Below the pieces are notes generated by a model, which was given only the letters and a program-made list of their open reading frames with translations, was not told where the DNA came from and made no database searches. Source: a virus (Duplodnaviria > Caudoviricetes). From it: a stretch of DNA of 44,285 nt. The stretch lies in IMG/VR virus record IMGVR_UViG_3300034008_000051, positions 1 to 44,285 of that record, one strand, 5' to 3'. The position numbers and the translations under genes were made by a program. Positions 6,649-16,198 of this stretch are shown piece after piece. Each line of letters opens with the position of its first letter. The stretch's first letter is position 1.

Positions 6649-8916
6649 ATGGACGTCCTTGTGCTCTCATTGCTGGCGATCTTCGCAACCATAGTAACGG
6701 GAGTTCTCATGGTAAAGACGCTCGACCAAAAGCGCCGCGATCATGAACGTAAGACATACCGGCTGACTTTCCCGTCCGAACTATCCGAAGACACTGTCAC
6801 TGCCTGGATCAGGGCCATCTCCGGCACGCTCCGCTTCAGCTCGTCGCGTCTCGTTGGAGTGCCGACTATCGGCTTCGAGCTCTGGGCGACCAACGACGGG
6901 CTTGTCCACCGACTGAAAATCCCCTGGCAGCACGCCGACTACGTCATCTCACAGTTGCGCAGTCTGGTGCCCGGCATCCGGGTAACACCCGAAGACGAGT
7001 GGCCACACCGGAAGTGGGTCAAGGCCGTTGAGGTCGGTCTGACGCACTCCGGTCGCCCGCTGCGCATCTACTCGCCAGCCGACATGGCGTCGTCTCTTCT
7101 GGCCAGCGTGCAAGCCCTACAGGCCGATGAGACCGTCATGGTGCAGTGGGTGGTGACACCGTCCGTGCCGGTCCATCCGCCGATCTACAAGCAGGCCCAG
7201 ACGGACACGCTGGGGCTACGTGTGTTGAGCACCGGCACGATGGCCAACCGCGACGAGGTTCGAGCGAGGCGCGAGAAGCTGGCCGAGCCCAACGTGCTGG
7301 CTGTCCTGCGGGTGGCGTCGGTGGCGAAGACTCCAGTACGGGCCGAGCATCTGATTCACCGCGTCAGGGCCTCACTGTCAAGTACGCGTGGCCCATCTTC
7401 GCGGTTCGTGAAGCGCATGGTGCCGGCCAAGAAGTTGCAGCAACGCATAGACCTGGCCAGCGGTTCGGTCAACTTCCCGATTCAACTATCAGCGCCGGAG
7501 CTGACGGCGCTACTGGCTTGGCCGATAGGGAATCCGTTCGTCACCGGCCTACCGCCGCGCATGTCACGTCAGCTACCGGCCACTGACCTGGTGCCGCGGG
7601 AGGGCCGGGTGCTTGGCCGCTCGAACTTCCCGGGAAACGAGCGGCGTATAGCTATCGACTACACCGCGGCGCGCAAGCACATGCACATTATCGGTCCGAC
7701 CGGGGCAGGGAAGACGGCGCTGCTGGCCAACATGATGAAGCAGGACATGGAAGCCGGGCACGGCGTCATCCTGATCGACGGCAAGGGTGGATCGTCGAGC
7801 CTGTTCTCTGCTGCCCTGGATTACGTGCCCAAGAGGCGTGTGGACGACGTCATCGTGCTCGACGTGCAAGACACGTCAAGGCCTGTGGGTTTCAACATCC
7901 TCAAGCAGGGCGACCCACGGGTAGTCATCGACGAGCTGACTGACCTGTTTGAGTCGATGTATGACAGCAAGAGCGTCTGGACCCGCGAGATCCTGTACCA
8001 CGGGCTCAGGACGATCATCAGCGATCCAAGGCTGACGTTCATCGACCTCGGGCCACTGCTCGTTCCGATGTCTGAAGACGATGGCAAGTGGCGCGACAAC
8101 CTGATCAGAGGCCTGGACGACGTCGAGCTGCGGCAGTTCTGGCAGCGCTTCGAGAACCAGCCGCGCTCCGCGCAGGACCGCATCACACAGCCTGTAATGG
8201 ATAGAATCTGGCAGCTCAACGCCCGCCCGGAGATACGGAACATCATCGGGCAGAGTTCCTCGGGCTTCCTGATGTCGGACGTGGTGGCGCAGGGCAAGAT
8301 TCTGTTGGTCAACCTTGGCGGCCTGTCGATAGACACGGCCAGCCTGACCGGCACGCTGCTCATGAACGCGCTGTGGCACACCGTGAAGACAACGCCGGCC
8401 GACCCGCCTACCTACCTGTACCTCGACGAGTTCCAAAAGTTCATCCGGTTGCCAATCGACCCGGAGAGCATGCTGGCTGAGGCTCGAGGCTTTGGGCTGG
8501 GCATGACCCTGGCCCACCAGCACCTCAACCAGCTGCCAACGGAGCTGCGGCAGGCGGTGCTCGCCAATGCCCGCTCGAAGATCATCTTCCAAACCACGGC
8601 CGACGATGCCCGAATCATGTCGAGAGAGTTCGGCAGCACCGTCACAGACGACGACTTCATGCACCTCGGCAAATTTGAAGCGATCACCCGTATAGCTACG
8701 CCGGATGGCGTGAGCTCCCCATTGACCATGACCACCATGGAGCCGGCCAAGCCAGCCGGTACAGCGAAGGAAGTGCGCTATGTTTCTAGGCAAAAGCACG
8801 GCCGGCCGGCCCACGAAGTGGAGGCGGAGATTATCAAGCGCCGCACGGTCGAGGAAAAGAAGACGAACCGACCAAGGCCAAAGATCAGCGGCTGGGACAA
8901 GCCTGACGCGTCCTGA
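6649..8916 (+). CDS. Type IV coupling protein-like ATPase (VirD4/TraG/TrwB-related conjugative DNA-transfer family)
   Basis: N-terminal TM; Walker A HMHIIGPTGAGKT; VILIDGKG; Walker B YLYLDEFQKF; EARGFGLGMTLAHQHLNQL; preceded by extended -10 TGTTAAAGT (6631-6639). Confidence 0.88.
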   Translation: MDVLVLSLLAIFATIVTGVLMVKTLDQKRRDHERKTYRLTFPSELSEDTVTAWIRAISGTLRFSSSRLVGVPTIGFELWATNDGLVHRLKIPWQHADYVISQLRSLVPGIRVTPEDEWPHRKWVKAVEVGLTHSGRPLRIYSPADMASSLLASVQALQADETVMVQWVVTPSVPVHPPIYKQAQTDTLGLRVLSTGTMANRDEVRARREKLAEPNVLAVLRVASVAKTPVRAEHLIHRVRASLSSTRGPSSRFVKRMVPAKKLQQRIDLASGSVNFPIQLSAPELTALLAWPIGNPFVTGLPPRMSRQLPATDLVPREGRVLGRSNFPGNERRIAIDYTAARKHMHIIGPTGAGKTALLANMMKQDMEAGHGVILIDGKGGSSSLFSAALDYVPKRRVDDVIVLDVQDTSRPVGFNILKQGDPRVVIDELTDLFESMYDSKSVWTREILYHGLRTIISDPRLTFIDLGPLLVPMSEDDGKWRDNLIRGLDDVELRQFWQRFENQPRSAQDRITQPVMDRIWQLNARPEIRNIIGQSSSGFLMSDVVAQGKILLVNLGGLSIDTASLTGTLLMNALWHTVKTTPADPPTYLYLDEFQKFIRLPIDPESMLAEARGFGLGMTLAHQHLNQLPTELRQAVLANARSKIIFQTTADDARIMSREFGSTVTDDDFMHLGKFEAITRIATPDGVSSPLTMTTMEPAKPAGTAKEVRYVSRQKHGRPAHEVEAEIIKRRTVEEKKTNRPRPKISGWDKPDAS

Positions 8917-9046
8917 AGCGGTTTCAAGCCGCTTTCCCTGGCTGAGTCGCTGGTTCTCCAAGTTTGAGGCGCAGAGGTACTCACACAGGCGCTACGTGCG
9001 TCCGTTGTGCACCTGCCAGCAGCAAAAAAATAGGAAGAGACGCTCC

Positions 9047-9244
9047 ATGGCAGGTGACAGTTTCGTCGAGCTAGGCCCGGAAGCTCGAGTTCAGGCGGCC
9101 ACACACGCTCTGGATACGATAGTTCGATTACGGCAGTATTCGGACGACAACATAGCCAGTGTGGATGATTCAGTAGCTAAGCTCAGAATAAAGATTGTAA
9201 CGGCTGTAGCCGAAGAGGCTGTCTTGAAAATTGCGTTCAGGTGA
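9047..9244 (+). CDS. Possible small hypothetical protein
   Basis: MAGDSFVELG... 65 aa with AGGA upstream; fills the gap between convergent units. Confidence 0.35.
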   Translation: MAGDSFVELGPEARVQAATHALDTIVRLRQYSDDNIASVDDSVAKLRIKIVTAVAEEAVLKIAFR

Positions 9245-9256
9245 CTTGTGTGTCTT

Positions 9257-10978
9257 TCAAAAAAACTGAAAGAAGTCTGTGGTGTTCGCTGGCGCACCGC
9301 CGCTCTTGCTCACTGTAATCCGTGGCGTCACCGCGTAGCTGTTTAAGACTGCGCCGTTGCGGAGTACGCGGAAATCGAGGGTATCAGTATCAGCGACGGC
9401 TGACGATACGACTGTGAGGCTGTAGAGATGTTCGGTGTAGTTGGAGGCGGTCAGCTGATGGTCGGTGACAAGTCCAGTTTCAGAGACTTCACCAGCTACA
9501 AATGAGCCGGTACCAGCGCCGAGGCGGTTGGTGGTAGCTCCACCGTCAGTGAGGGAGGGGGAGGCGTAGGGAACAACCTCTACGCCTGTGACTGTCGAAA
9601 TAGTGGCTACACTAAAACATACATCATTTGTATCTGCCGTCCACGTCCCCGCGTTTCGGATAGCTCGGTTTCCTCCATGCCCTGCTCCGAAGGTAACAGT
9701 AATATTATTCGTGTTAGTTAGTCCACTCCGGTCTAATACTATGAAGTAAGCGGATGCGGCCGTCGTTTTGTACATCTGTACCGAGGAAAAGATAAATTCT
9801 ACCAATGTATTAGTACTTGACTGTGTAGATGCGTCAAGAGAATTTGATGTCGCTAGCAAGGTGACAGGCACACCGCCGCTACCATAAGTACCACTATGTG
9901 AATAAAGTTTGGCAGATATACTCCCTGTCGCTGTTCCATTTCGGGCAATTCCTATCGAAGCACTAGCTATATACTTCCCATCCCCCAAGAATGACTGGCC
10001 AACCATATCTTGAGTACTACCGGAACCGCTCTGGTTTCCAACTCTGTTTGCCAAGGCAAATGTATCAGCAATTACAGGAGATTCGACAGTTCCGACATTC
10101 GCATACGCCCCGCCGTCAAGCGAATACTGCAACTGGTAATCATCCGTACTTGCCCCGGCGACCGCCCCGCTCTCCTGCAAGCGGACACGGAGGGCTAGGT
10201 TGCTGTCAGTGTCTACTGTGCGGGTGATGTTGGTGTTCTGGGCTGCTATGACTGTGCTGCCGGATTCCGTGCCGTCTTCGTAGAGGCGGAAGGCGGACTG
10301 GGCGACGACAGGTACAGCGGGCTTCAGCGCAAATACCTGATAAGCATTAATTGCCGTGACGATGGTTGCTACGGTCGTATCCGTAGAACCGGCCGTGGCT
10401 TTTATACCTGTATAGACACCGATACCACCACCCAGTCCTAATGCTGTTCCTGCGTCATAGCGCTCAGTCAGCGAGGTCAAGTTGGCATTGGTCATGCTCG
10501 TCACCCAAGCAGCGGCACTGTCGCTATCCTTGGTGATTCCAAGTACGACTAAAGACTCGGCTACCGTAGTCGTAAGGGCTGGCAGGGTTGCTGCGGTACT
10601 GGTAGCGGCCTTGACACCTCCGACGGGCGTATCGAACGGGTCGCCGGAGGTAATGACACCACGGAACGTCACAATCACGGCATGGGTGTGGTCGGCTAGG
10701 GAAGCGATAATAGGCGAAGCCATAGCGCCTGATGTTGCCCTGCACCAGAACATGTGTAGCTTGGTTCCCGCCGTGCCTGTGCCTGTGGACTGAACCGTGC
10801 CGAAGGCGACAAAACCGTTAGCCGTGCTTAGCGTAGGCGTAGCTGAGCCACCCGCGGTTTCCACGAACAAGATTGCCACATCGTTAGTTACATGCGCTGG
10901 CCATGCAACGGTTAAAGCCGCTACTGCCGCGGAGTGTCCAGCAGCGTTACTGACGGCCTGGAAAGTCGGAACCGCCAT
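9257..10978 (-). CDS. Large beta-rich virion-associated protein (fibre/receptor-binding-like)
   Basis: 573 aa rich in Thr/Ala/Gly/Ser, apparently multidomain, at the end of the late operon. Confidence 0.6.
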   Translation of the reverse strand: MAVPTFQAVSNAAGHSAAVAALTVAWPAHVTNDVAILFVETAGGSATPTLSTANGFVAFGTVQSTGTGTAGTKLHMFWCRATSGAMASPIIASLADHTHAVIVTFRGVITSGDPFDTPVGGVKAATSTAATLPALTTTVAESLVVLGITKDSDSAAAWVTSMTNANLTSLTERYDAGTALGLGGGIGVYTGIKATAGSTDTTVATIVTAINAYQVFALKPAVPVVAQSAFRLYEDGTESGSTVIAAQNTNITRTVDTDSNLALRVRLQESGAVAGASTDDYQLQYSLDGGAYANVGTVESPVIADTFALANRVGNQSGSGSTQDMVGQSFLGDGKYIASASIGIARNGTATGSISAKLYSHSGTYGSGGVPVTLLATSNSLDASTQSSTNTLVEFIFSSVQMYKTTAASAYFIVLDRSGLTNTNNITVTFGAGHGGNRAIRNAGTWTADTNDVCFSVATISTVTGVEVVPYASPSLTDGGATTNRLGAGTGSFVAGEVSETGLVTDHQLTASNYTEHLYSLTVVSSAVADTDTLDFRVLRNGAVLNSYAVTPRITVSKSGGAPANTTDFFQFF

Positions 10979-10981
10979 GGA

Positions 10982-11335
10982 TTAGGTCAATGGTCCTGCG
11001 GCCATACATCGCCACTTGTTGGTAGCTGCATTGCGCACAAAGCCGACGTCGAGCCGCTGCGTACCGATCGTTGTAGTCGGCAGAGCCACCGCACCGGCCT
11101 CGAATGAGGCACCCCACGTGATCGCCCGGGCAGCGGTGCCAGTGATGGCGATCCACAGCCTTTGGCCGTTGATAGGTGACCCAGACAAGTTGGTAGTGAA
11201 AGACGTGATATCTCCCGCTTGAGCGGTCAGGATATACATGTCGACGTCATCGGTGTTGATAGTTGGCGTCGCGCTCGATGCCACCGTGCCGACACGATGG
11301 ATTTGGTTGGAACTGGATAGCCGTCGAATGGCCAT
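10982..11335 (-). CDS. Tail fibre-associated protein
   Basis: GTAARAITWGASF...LPTTT...LDVGFVRNAATNKWRC resembles phage fibre/spike C-terminal modules. Confidence 0.55.
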   Translation of the reverse strand: MAIRRLSSSNQIHRVGTVASSATPTINTDDVDMYILTAQAGDITSFTTNLSGSPINGQRLWIAITGTAARAITWGASFEAGAVALPTTTIGTQRLDVGFVRNAATNKWRCMAAGPLT

Positions 11336-11338
11336 GGC

Positions 11339-12640
11339 CTACAGTCCCGCGATGACTACCTTGTAGGCACCGGAGGAAGGAGCCGTGGCAAACTTGAAGG
11401 TCGCTGTGCTGGTCGAGGTGGCTTCCCACTCAACTTCTACGCCAGTGTTGGTCGTCGCGTCCCGGACGGCCGGCACGATGTTTTGCGTGCCAAGGTTGTG
11501 CGTAACGACGATGTTAGATGTGGACCCATCACCGATCGTGGCGGCGTACCCGCGCATGAAGTCCGCTAGGCCGTCTGGCGTTACGACGACGGAGCTGGAT
11601 GAGCGAGCCTTCGTCTCATTCGTAGTGGCCAGCTCAACGACACCCGTAGCTGAGGTGGAAGCTTCTTGCTTGATGTTGCCGAAGGCGGTGGCGGCATTGT
11701 TGACGTCCGAAAGGTTAGAAGCGATCTTGAGTTGGGCATCATTCGTCACGTTCCCGAGTCCAACATCGCCCTTGGCAAGCGTGACTGCTCCTGTCTGGCC
11801 GGCCACGCTGAGCACCTGGTCGGTGTAGTCGAGCTTCAGCCAGTTGGCGGCATATGTACTGGTGCTGGCGTTGTCGGTGATCGCCAGTATGCGGTCATTG
11901 ATACTGAAAGGGATGGAGTTGACCGTACCTGCCACGCTCACGATGTAACTGGCTCCGGCCTGCGCAGTGCCGCCTCCGGGGAACGTCCCGGCGCTAGCGT
12001 CCCAAGTACCCATGAGGACAACTGAAGCATCAAGGGCATTGACGCGACTCTCTATGGCGTCGAGATCGACAGCCTGCGTGACTGTGACATGGTCAAGCTT
12101 TGTCTCATCGGCGGTCGTGAAACTGGCCGTGGTGTTGTTCAGCACTGTGCTGTTGCTGTGGGTGTGACGAGCTGCGGTGTTTGCGGCGACGTCGGTGTTG
12201 GCCGACACGGTGCTTTGGAAGTCCGAGATGGTGCTGGCCGTCTGTGAGCCCGTGTGGTTCGCCCTGGACTTCAAGTTGGCGTCGGTGTCGTTGGCAGTTG
12301 CCCCGGTGGCGATTCCGGATAGCTTGGTGAATTGGGCACTAGTGAAGACACCGGCGTTGGTGCCGTCGGCTGAGGCAATTGTGACGTCGGCACCAGTATT
12401 ACTGTTTATGGCGACGCTTGTGGCTGTAAGCGTACTAGACAGGTCAGTCGCGCCAGCGCCGCCCTGAACGCCGAGGTCAAGCCACGAGCCGTTCTTGCGG
12501 ATGTAGGCGGTCTGGTCCGTCGAGTTGTAGTACATCTGCCCTTCGGCGGGGCTTGATGGTGCGCTCGAGAGTACCTGAAGCACTGCGTTCTGCAGTTCTC
12601 TCTTGCCTAAGTCTATTGATGATCCGTAGGGTATTGCCAT
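11339..12640 (-). CDS. Tail fibre-like protein
   Basis: Fibre motifs (PSSPAEGQMYYNSTD, RANHTGSQ, VAGQTGAVTLAKGDVGLGNV, ASTSATGVVELAT, VTHNLGT). Confidence 0.7.
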   Translation of the reverse strand: MAIPYGSSIDLGKRELQNAVLQVLSSAPSSPAEGQMYYNSTDQTAYIRKNGSWLDLGVQGGAGATDLSSTLTATSVAINSNTGADVTIASADGTNAGVFTSAQFTKLSGIATGATANDTDANLKSRANHTGSQTASTISDFQSTVSANTDVAANTAARHTHSNSTVLNNTTASFTTADETKLDHVTVTQAVDLDAIESRVNALDASVVLMGTWDASAGTFPGGGTAQAGASYIVSVAGTVNSIPFSINDRILAITDNASTSTYAANWLKLDYTDQVLSVAGQTGAVTLAKGDVGLGNVTNDAQLKIASNLSDVNNAATAFGNIKQEASTSATGVVELATTNETKARSSSSVVVTPDGLADFMRGYAATIGDGSTSNIVVTHNLGTQNIVPAVRDATTNTGVEVEWEATSTSTATFKFATAPSSGAYKVVIAGL

Positions 12641-12681
12641 GCTTATTGCTGCTTTCTTACTTTAGTTTATCACCGCTTCGT

Positions 12682-13065
12682 CTAATTGCATACGACCCGC
12701 CCACCGAATGCTGCATCGAATTGCAGGAAAACTTGATTCAAATTGCCCGGTTGATAGTTCACCTCGACAATGACCTCATCCCCTGCGCTATTGATCACAG
12801 TCACGGCGGGATACTTGCCTAAGCTGTGTGTCACGGTTAGCGCTGTCGTGGGAGAGAACTCTTGCGTGTAATGAGAATCGTCGCTTCCATCAACTCCGGG
12901 TGGCCCCGGTTGACCAGGCGCACCGGGAAGGCCTTGTATACCGCCATCTCCCGTGAAGATCACTTCCTGGTCGGCGTCCTCGACTACGTCTATTTGTGCC
13001 TCCGGCTCGACGCCCAACACCTCGGTGTAGGAATCGTCAGTGACGATGATCTCGTCCATCGCCAT
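12682..13065 (-). CDS. Collagen-like minor structural protein
   Basis: Gly-X-Y run GIQGLPGAPGQPGPPG; VTHSLGKYPAVTV motif; TAATG-coupled start at 13065. Confidence 0.7.
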   Translation of the reverse strand: MAMDEIIVTDDSYTEVLGVEPEAQIDVVEDADQEVIFTGDGGIQGLPGAPGQPGPPGVDGSDDSHYTQEFSPTTALTVTHSLGKYPAVTVINSAGDEVIVEVNYQPGNLNQVFLQFDAAFGGRVVCN

Positions 13066-13439
13066 TAGGTTGTCCTCTGTGTGACCTCTGGGGTGATCTG
13101 ACACCGCGGCAGCTCACCGTTGCTCCGCTTGTAGGTGCGAATCTTGCCGCCTGAGTCTTTGAGCTGGATGTCGTAGACGTACTCACCAGGCACAGCTTTC
13201 GGTCCGCCGGTGACGGCTGCAGTCAGGGAAATGACGGTCTTGCCGTTCGCCGGGTCAGCTGCGGGATGGTCGTGCACGCTTTCCTGGGCCTTGATGACGG
13301 CGTTGCTATCGTCGGTATCCACCTTGTCGACCAGGTCCTCGGGCTTGACCGTGAAGAACACCGTGCAGCCAGTCAAGTTGGGCGCACCCGGAAGGGTGAC
13401 GCCAAAAGACTTGTCATCGCCGCGGGTGATCCTGAGCAT
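13065..13439 (-). CDS. BppU N-terminal-like baseplate/fibre adaptor
   Basis: ITRGD...LTGCTVFFTVK...G.YVYDIQL pattern. Confidence 0.6.
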   Translation of the reverse strand: MLRITRGDDKSFGVTLPGAPNLTGCTVFFTVKPEDLVDKVDTDDSNAVIKAQESVHDHPAADPANGKTVISLTAAVTGGPKAVPGEYVYDIQLKDSGGKIRTYKRSNGELPRCQITPEVTQRTT

Positions 13440-13441
13440 GG

Positions 13442-13633
13442 CTACGACCGAGGCGCTTCGTTCTTAGGCGCGGCGTAGACGATGACCGCGGTAATGATTG
13501 CACTAATCAAGACTTCGATGGCATCGTTGAGGTCATCCGCGATGATGATGTTGTACTTCGCCATGAAGAGCACGATTGCCCCCGCGACTGCTCCAGCTAA
13601 TGCTTTGCTGATTGGTTTGAATGCTTCTAACAT
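13442..13633 (-). CDS. Holin (two TM helices)
   Basis: 63 aa, two TMs, VY.APKN ending; immediately after the endolysin. Confidence 0.75.
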   Translation of the reverse strand: MLEAFKPISKALAGAVAGAIVLFMAKYNIIIADDLNDAIEVLISAIITAVIVYAAPKNEAPRS

Positions 13634-13642
13634 AGAATCTCC

Positions 13643-14305
13643 CTACTGTAAGTTACGTTGTATATAATCTACGACGGTCACCTTGTCGATGACCTTCGCC
13701 GGTGTCACGGCCGGTGCGGCTTGCTTGGCGATGAGGCCGTGCAGCTTGCTCACATCAGCCCAGAAGTTCACCATGGCGTCCAGGTTCTCCTGATTCGCGA
13801 CCTTGCCGGTGAACCGGTAGTCGTAGCCTTTGCCGGGGTAACCCCCGGTGGCCAGTACGGATAGTACGTTCTCTTGATCTTTCGTTATGGGCATTTCGCC
13901 TCCTTCGCTTATGTTCCATTTGCTGGCATCATCGTACTTCGCTTTGCTTTGGACAGTCGAGATGTGCAAGTGCTTGTCGTGAGGGTTCTCGCCGTAGTAC
14001 GGGGTCCAGACCCCGCCCTCCCAGATTCGCCGATTGAAGATGATGTACCAGATGCGCGAATCGCCTGACCGCAGTAAAGCGGTTGCCAGCTTGTTCATGT
14101 CTGCACCGTTTGCCGGGTCGTGCGTGATGTCCAGCGCCGTTACAACGCCTTCGGCGTTAGGGTTGTGCTCGCTCTTGACGGCCTGGTGCGCGGCATCCCC
14201 CAGCATGCCGTCCGACGCCTTGTTCCGCGCGGGATATAGAGCATTGACCTGAGCCAACAATGTTGCAAGACTCTGTGCCGGTCGAGGGTAGTTAGGCCAC
14301 GCCAT
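13643..14305 (-). CDS. Endolysin, Zn-peptidase (M15/LAS-like), actinophage-style
   Basis: SDGMLGDAAH...SEHNP....ALD...YIIFNRRIW...NPHDKHLHIS (H, D and HxH metal ligands). Confidence 0.8.
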   Translation of the reverse strand: MAWPNYPRPAQSLATLLAQVNALYPARNKASDGMLGDAAHQAVKSEHNPNAEGVVTALDITHDPANGADMNKLATALLRSGDSRIWYIIFNRRIWEGGVWTPYYGENPHDKHLHISTVQSKAKYDDASKWNISEGGEMPITKDQENVLSVLATGGYPGKGYDYRFTGKVANQENLDAMVNFWADVSKLHGLIAKQAAPAVTPAKVIDKVTVVDYIQRNLQ

Positions 14306-14762
14306 GAAGTGCCTTCTTCCTTAGGTGGTACCGGCGATTGCGGTCACGTGCGCATACCCGACAGCGATTCTTATCTACGAGCTTCGGTCGGTCCTCCGGA
14401 TACTTGTGACCGTTCGGACATACCTTGAGATCCGCTTTGCCATCACGGCCCTTGTTGAACATGTCCGCCATATTCTCGGCTTGAGTCCCTCGGCGGAGGT
14501 GAGATGGCTCGCTGCAGGAGGGATTATCACACTTGTGCAGGATGACGTCTGCTGACGTAAGTGGCCCGACCTTCATTCGATAGGCCAGGCGATGTACCCT
14601 CAATAGGCGCCCGCGATGCTGAGCACGAATCTGCCCATACCCGGACTGGTTACGATATCCGTTGTACTCGAGGCATCCGGCAGATGTTCGAGTCCAGCCT
14701 ATAGCTCGAACCTTATTCCACACTGCTTCGAAGCTTATATCTTGAAATGCTGCACGTGCCAT
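14292..14762 (-). CDS. HNH homing endonuclease-like protein
   Basis: GCLEY.G...GYG...RVHRLAY...ILHKCDNPSCSEPSHL..GTQAENMAD plus C-terminal CPNGH...CRVC; start taken at MARAAF. Confidence 0.88.
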   Translation of the reverse strand: MARAAFQDISFEAVWNKVRAIGWTRTSAGCLEYNGYRNQSGYGQIRAQHRGRLLRVHRLAYRMKVGPLTSADVILHKCDNPSCSEPSHLRRGTQAENMADMFNKGRDGKADLKVCPNGHKYPEDRPKLVDKNRCRVCARDRNRRYHLRKKALHGVA

Positions 14763-14920
14763 ATGCTTCCATAATAAAACAACCTTGAGACAATTCCTAT
14801 TTTTCATCGCAAGCAGGGTGACAGTAAGTTATCTGACTGTCACAGGACACACTTCGGCGCACCATGTAGACATGATCAAAAAACTATTCAACCCAAATAC
14901 GCTAGATCCGGAGCTACGGC

Positions 14921-15274
14921 TTAACTTCCTGCGACTACAACGTCGGCGGCTCGCACTTCGATAGGCGTGAACTCTGACGGCTGTCTGCCGCCCGGCAGAT
15001 CACTTTGGTCAAAGCAGTACTTCTGCCCACCAGGGTTCCTCGACTCGAGTGGCAGGATGAGCAGGCAAGTGATGTACCTGCGGTTTTCTTCAGTGCGGGT
15101 CCTACCGTCACGCTGAGCGTTGGCAACAAGTGCCTGTTGGTTGTGAGCCACTACGACTAGGGACACTAGGACGGCGGCTAGAACAAAGACCAGCAGTAGG
15201 AATGTGGCCACGCGTTGACGCTTGTCGTTCTTGACCAACCGCTCATAAGCCTTGTATTCGAGGTCACCTTCCAT
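14921..15274 (-). CDS. Membrane protein (lysis-accessory candidate)
   Basis: Single TM helix, two Cys; lies in the lysis region. Confidence 0.65.
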   Translation of the reverse strand: MEGDLEYKAYERLVKNDKRQRVATFLLLVFVLAAVLVSLVVVAHNQQALVANAQRDGRTRTEENRRYITCLLILPLESRNPGGQKYCFDQSDLPGGRQPSEFTPIEVRAADVVVAGS

Positions 15275-15608
15275 GCGAGATAATCCTAGCCAACGCGCTC
15301 ATGACTTCTTTGTGATTGTTACTCGTGAGGGTTGTGAGCTGGGCAATAGGAACACCGAAGTTCTGGTCTTTGTACTCCTGGAGAGCTCGCTCTCGTTCCT
15401 GCGCTCGGGCGGTACTGGCAGCAAGGTCAGCCTTGAGGTCCGTCCGCTCGAGTCGGAGATCGTTGTTTTGACCTCGGAGCTCATCATTGCCAGCCTGTAG
15501 GAGCGCGATCTGCGCCTCAAATCTCTGCTTATTAAATACTGTTGCCGCAGCAGATAGAACAGCGAGACCAATGCCAAAGACCAAGCCGAAAGTGTTAAGA
15601 GCATCCAT
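15264..15608 (-). CDS. Membrane-anchored coiled-coil protein (holin-like/lysis accessory)
   Basis: N-terminal TM followed by a coiled coil. Confidence 0.65.
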   Translation of the reverse strand: MDALNTFGLVFGIGLAVLSAAATVFNKQRFEAQIALLQAGNDELRGQNNDLRLERTDLKADLAASTARAQERERALQEYKDQNFGVPIAQLTTLTSNNHKEVMSALARIISHGR

Positions 15609-15631
15609 CCGACACTTTCTGTTGGCGCTGC

Positions 15632-16198
15632 TTACACATTGATGGGCTCCTTGAGAATATAAGTCGTGATCGTGCCGGCGAAGGTCTGACTCGGAGCCTG
15701 GATGCCAAACTCGTAGCGGATGTAGCTACTGTTCACGTTGCGCACGCGCAGATAGGAAAGCATGACGAACACGTTGGTTGTGCCGCCCCCTGTGCCCGGC
15801 GTGAAGAAGGGGATCGGATACAAGCCGGGGCTGCCATTAGTCAGCGTGTCGATTCGTACGGCTGACAGCGAGAGTGGGACATTCGACTGGTTGTGGACGG
15901 CGTCGACTGTTGCGCTAGATGGGTTCACGCCACCGGATGTGAGCGAGAATGGGGTGTTGATCACCTCGAGCACCTCAAAGGTCTTCTTGGTGCTACTCCA
16001 GATCAGCTGGCTCTCAGGCGCCGTCTTGACGTCGACTCCGGCCTCGGACAGCTTGCCGACTATGTTGCCTTCGTCGTCACGGCCGAGCAGCAGGATGTCG
16101 ACCCCAGCATCCGAAACGATCAGCCGTCCGTTCTCGTATTCGATCCGTAGTTCGCCGTTGTGGGTACCGAGCAGTGCTTGCCCGGAGTCTCCCGCCAT
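15632..16198 (-). CDS. Minor tail protein
   Basis: 188 aa, in the tail-tip region. Confidence 0.55.
   Translation of the reverse strand: MAGDSGQALLGTHNGELRIEYENGRLIVSDAGVDILLLGRDDEGNIVGKLSEAGVDVKTAPESQLIWSSTKKTFEVLEVINTPFSLTSGGVNPSSATVDAVHNQSNVPLSLSAVRIDTLTNGSPGLYPIPFFTPGTGGGTTNVFVMLSYLRVRNVNSSYIRYEFGIQAPSQTFAGTITTYILKEPINV

Noticed and set aside
6649-8916. Complete self-transmissible type IV secretion system
   Set aside because: Only one ATPase; no recognisable VirB4, VirB6 or VirB8, so at most mobilisable or an unknown minimal system
7876-8961. 361-aa minus-strand ORF (also 7821-8381 and 8412-8750)
   Set aside because: Antisense shadow of the motif-rich coupling-protein gene in GC-rich DNA
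9257-12640. Diversity-generating retroelement targeting the fibre genes
   Set aside because: No reverse transcriptase and no template/variable repeat pair seen
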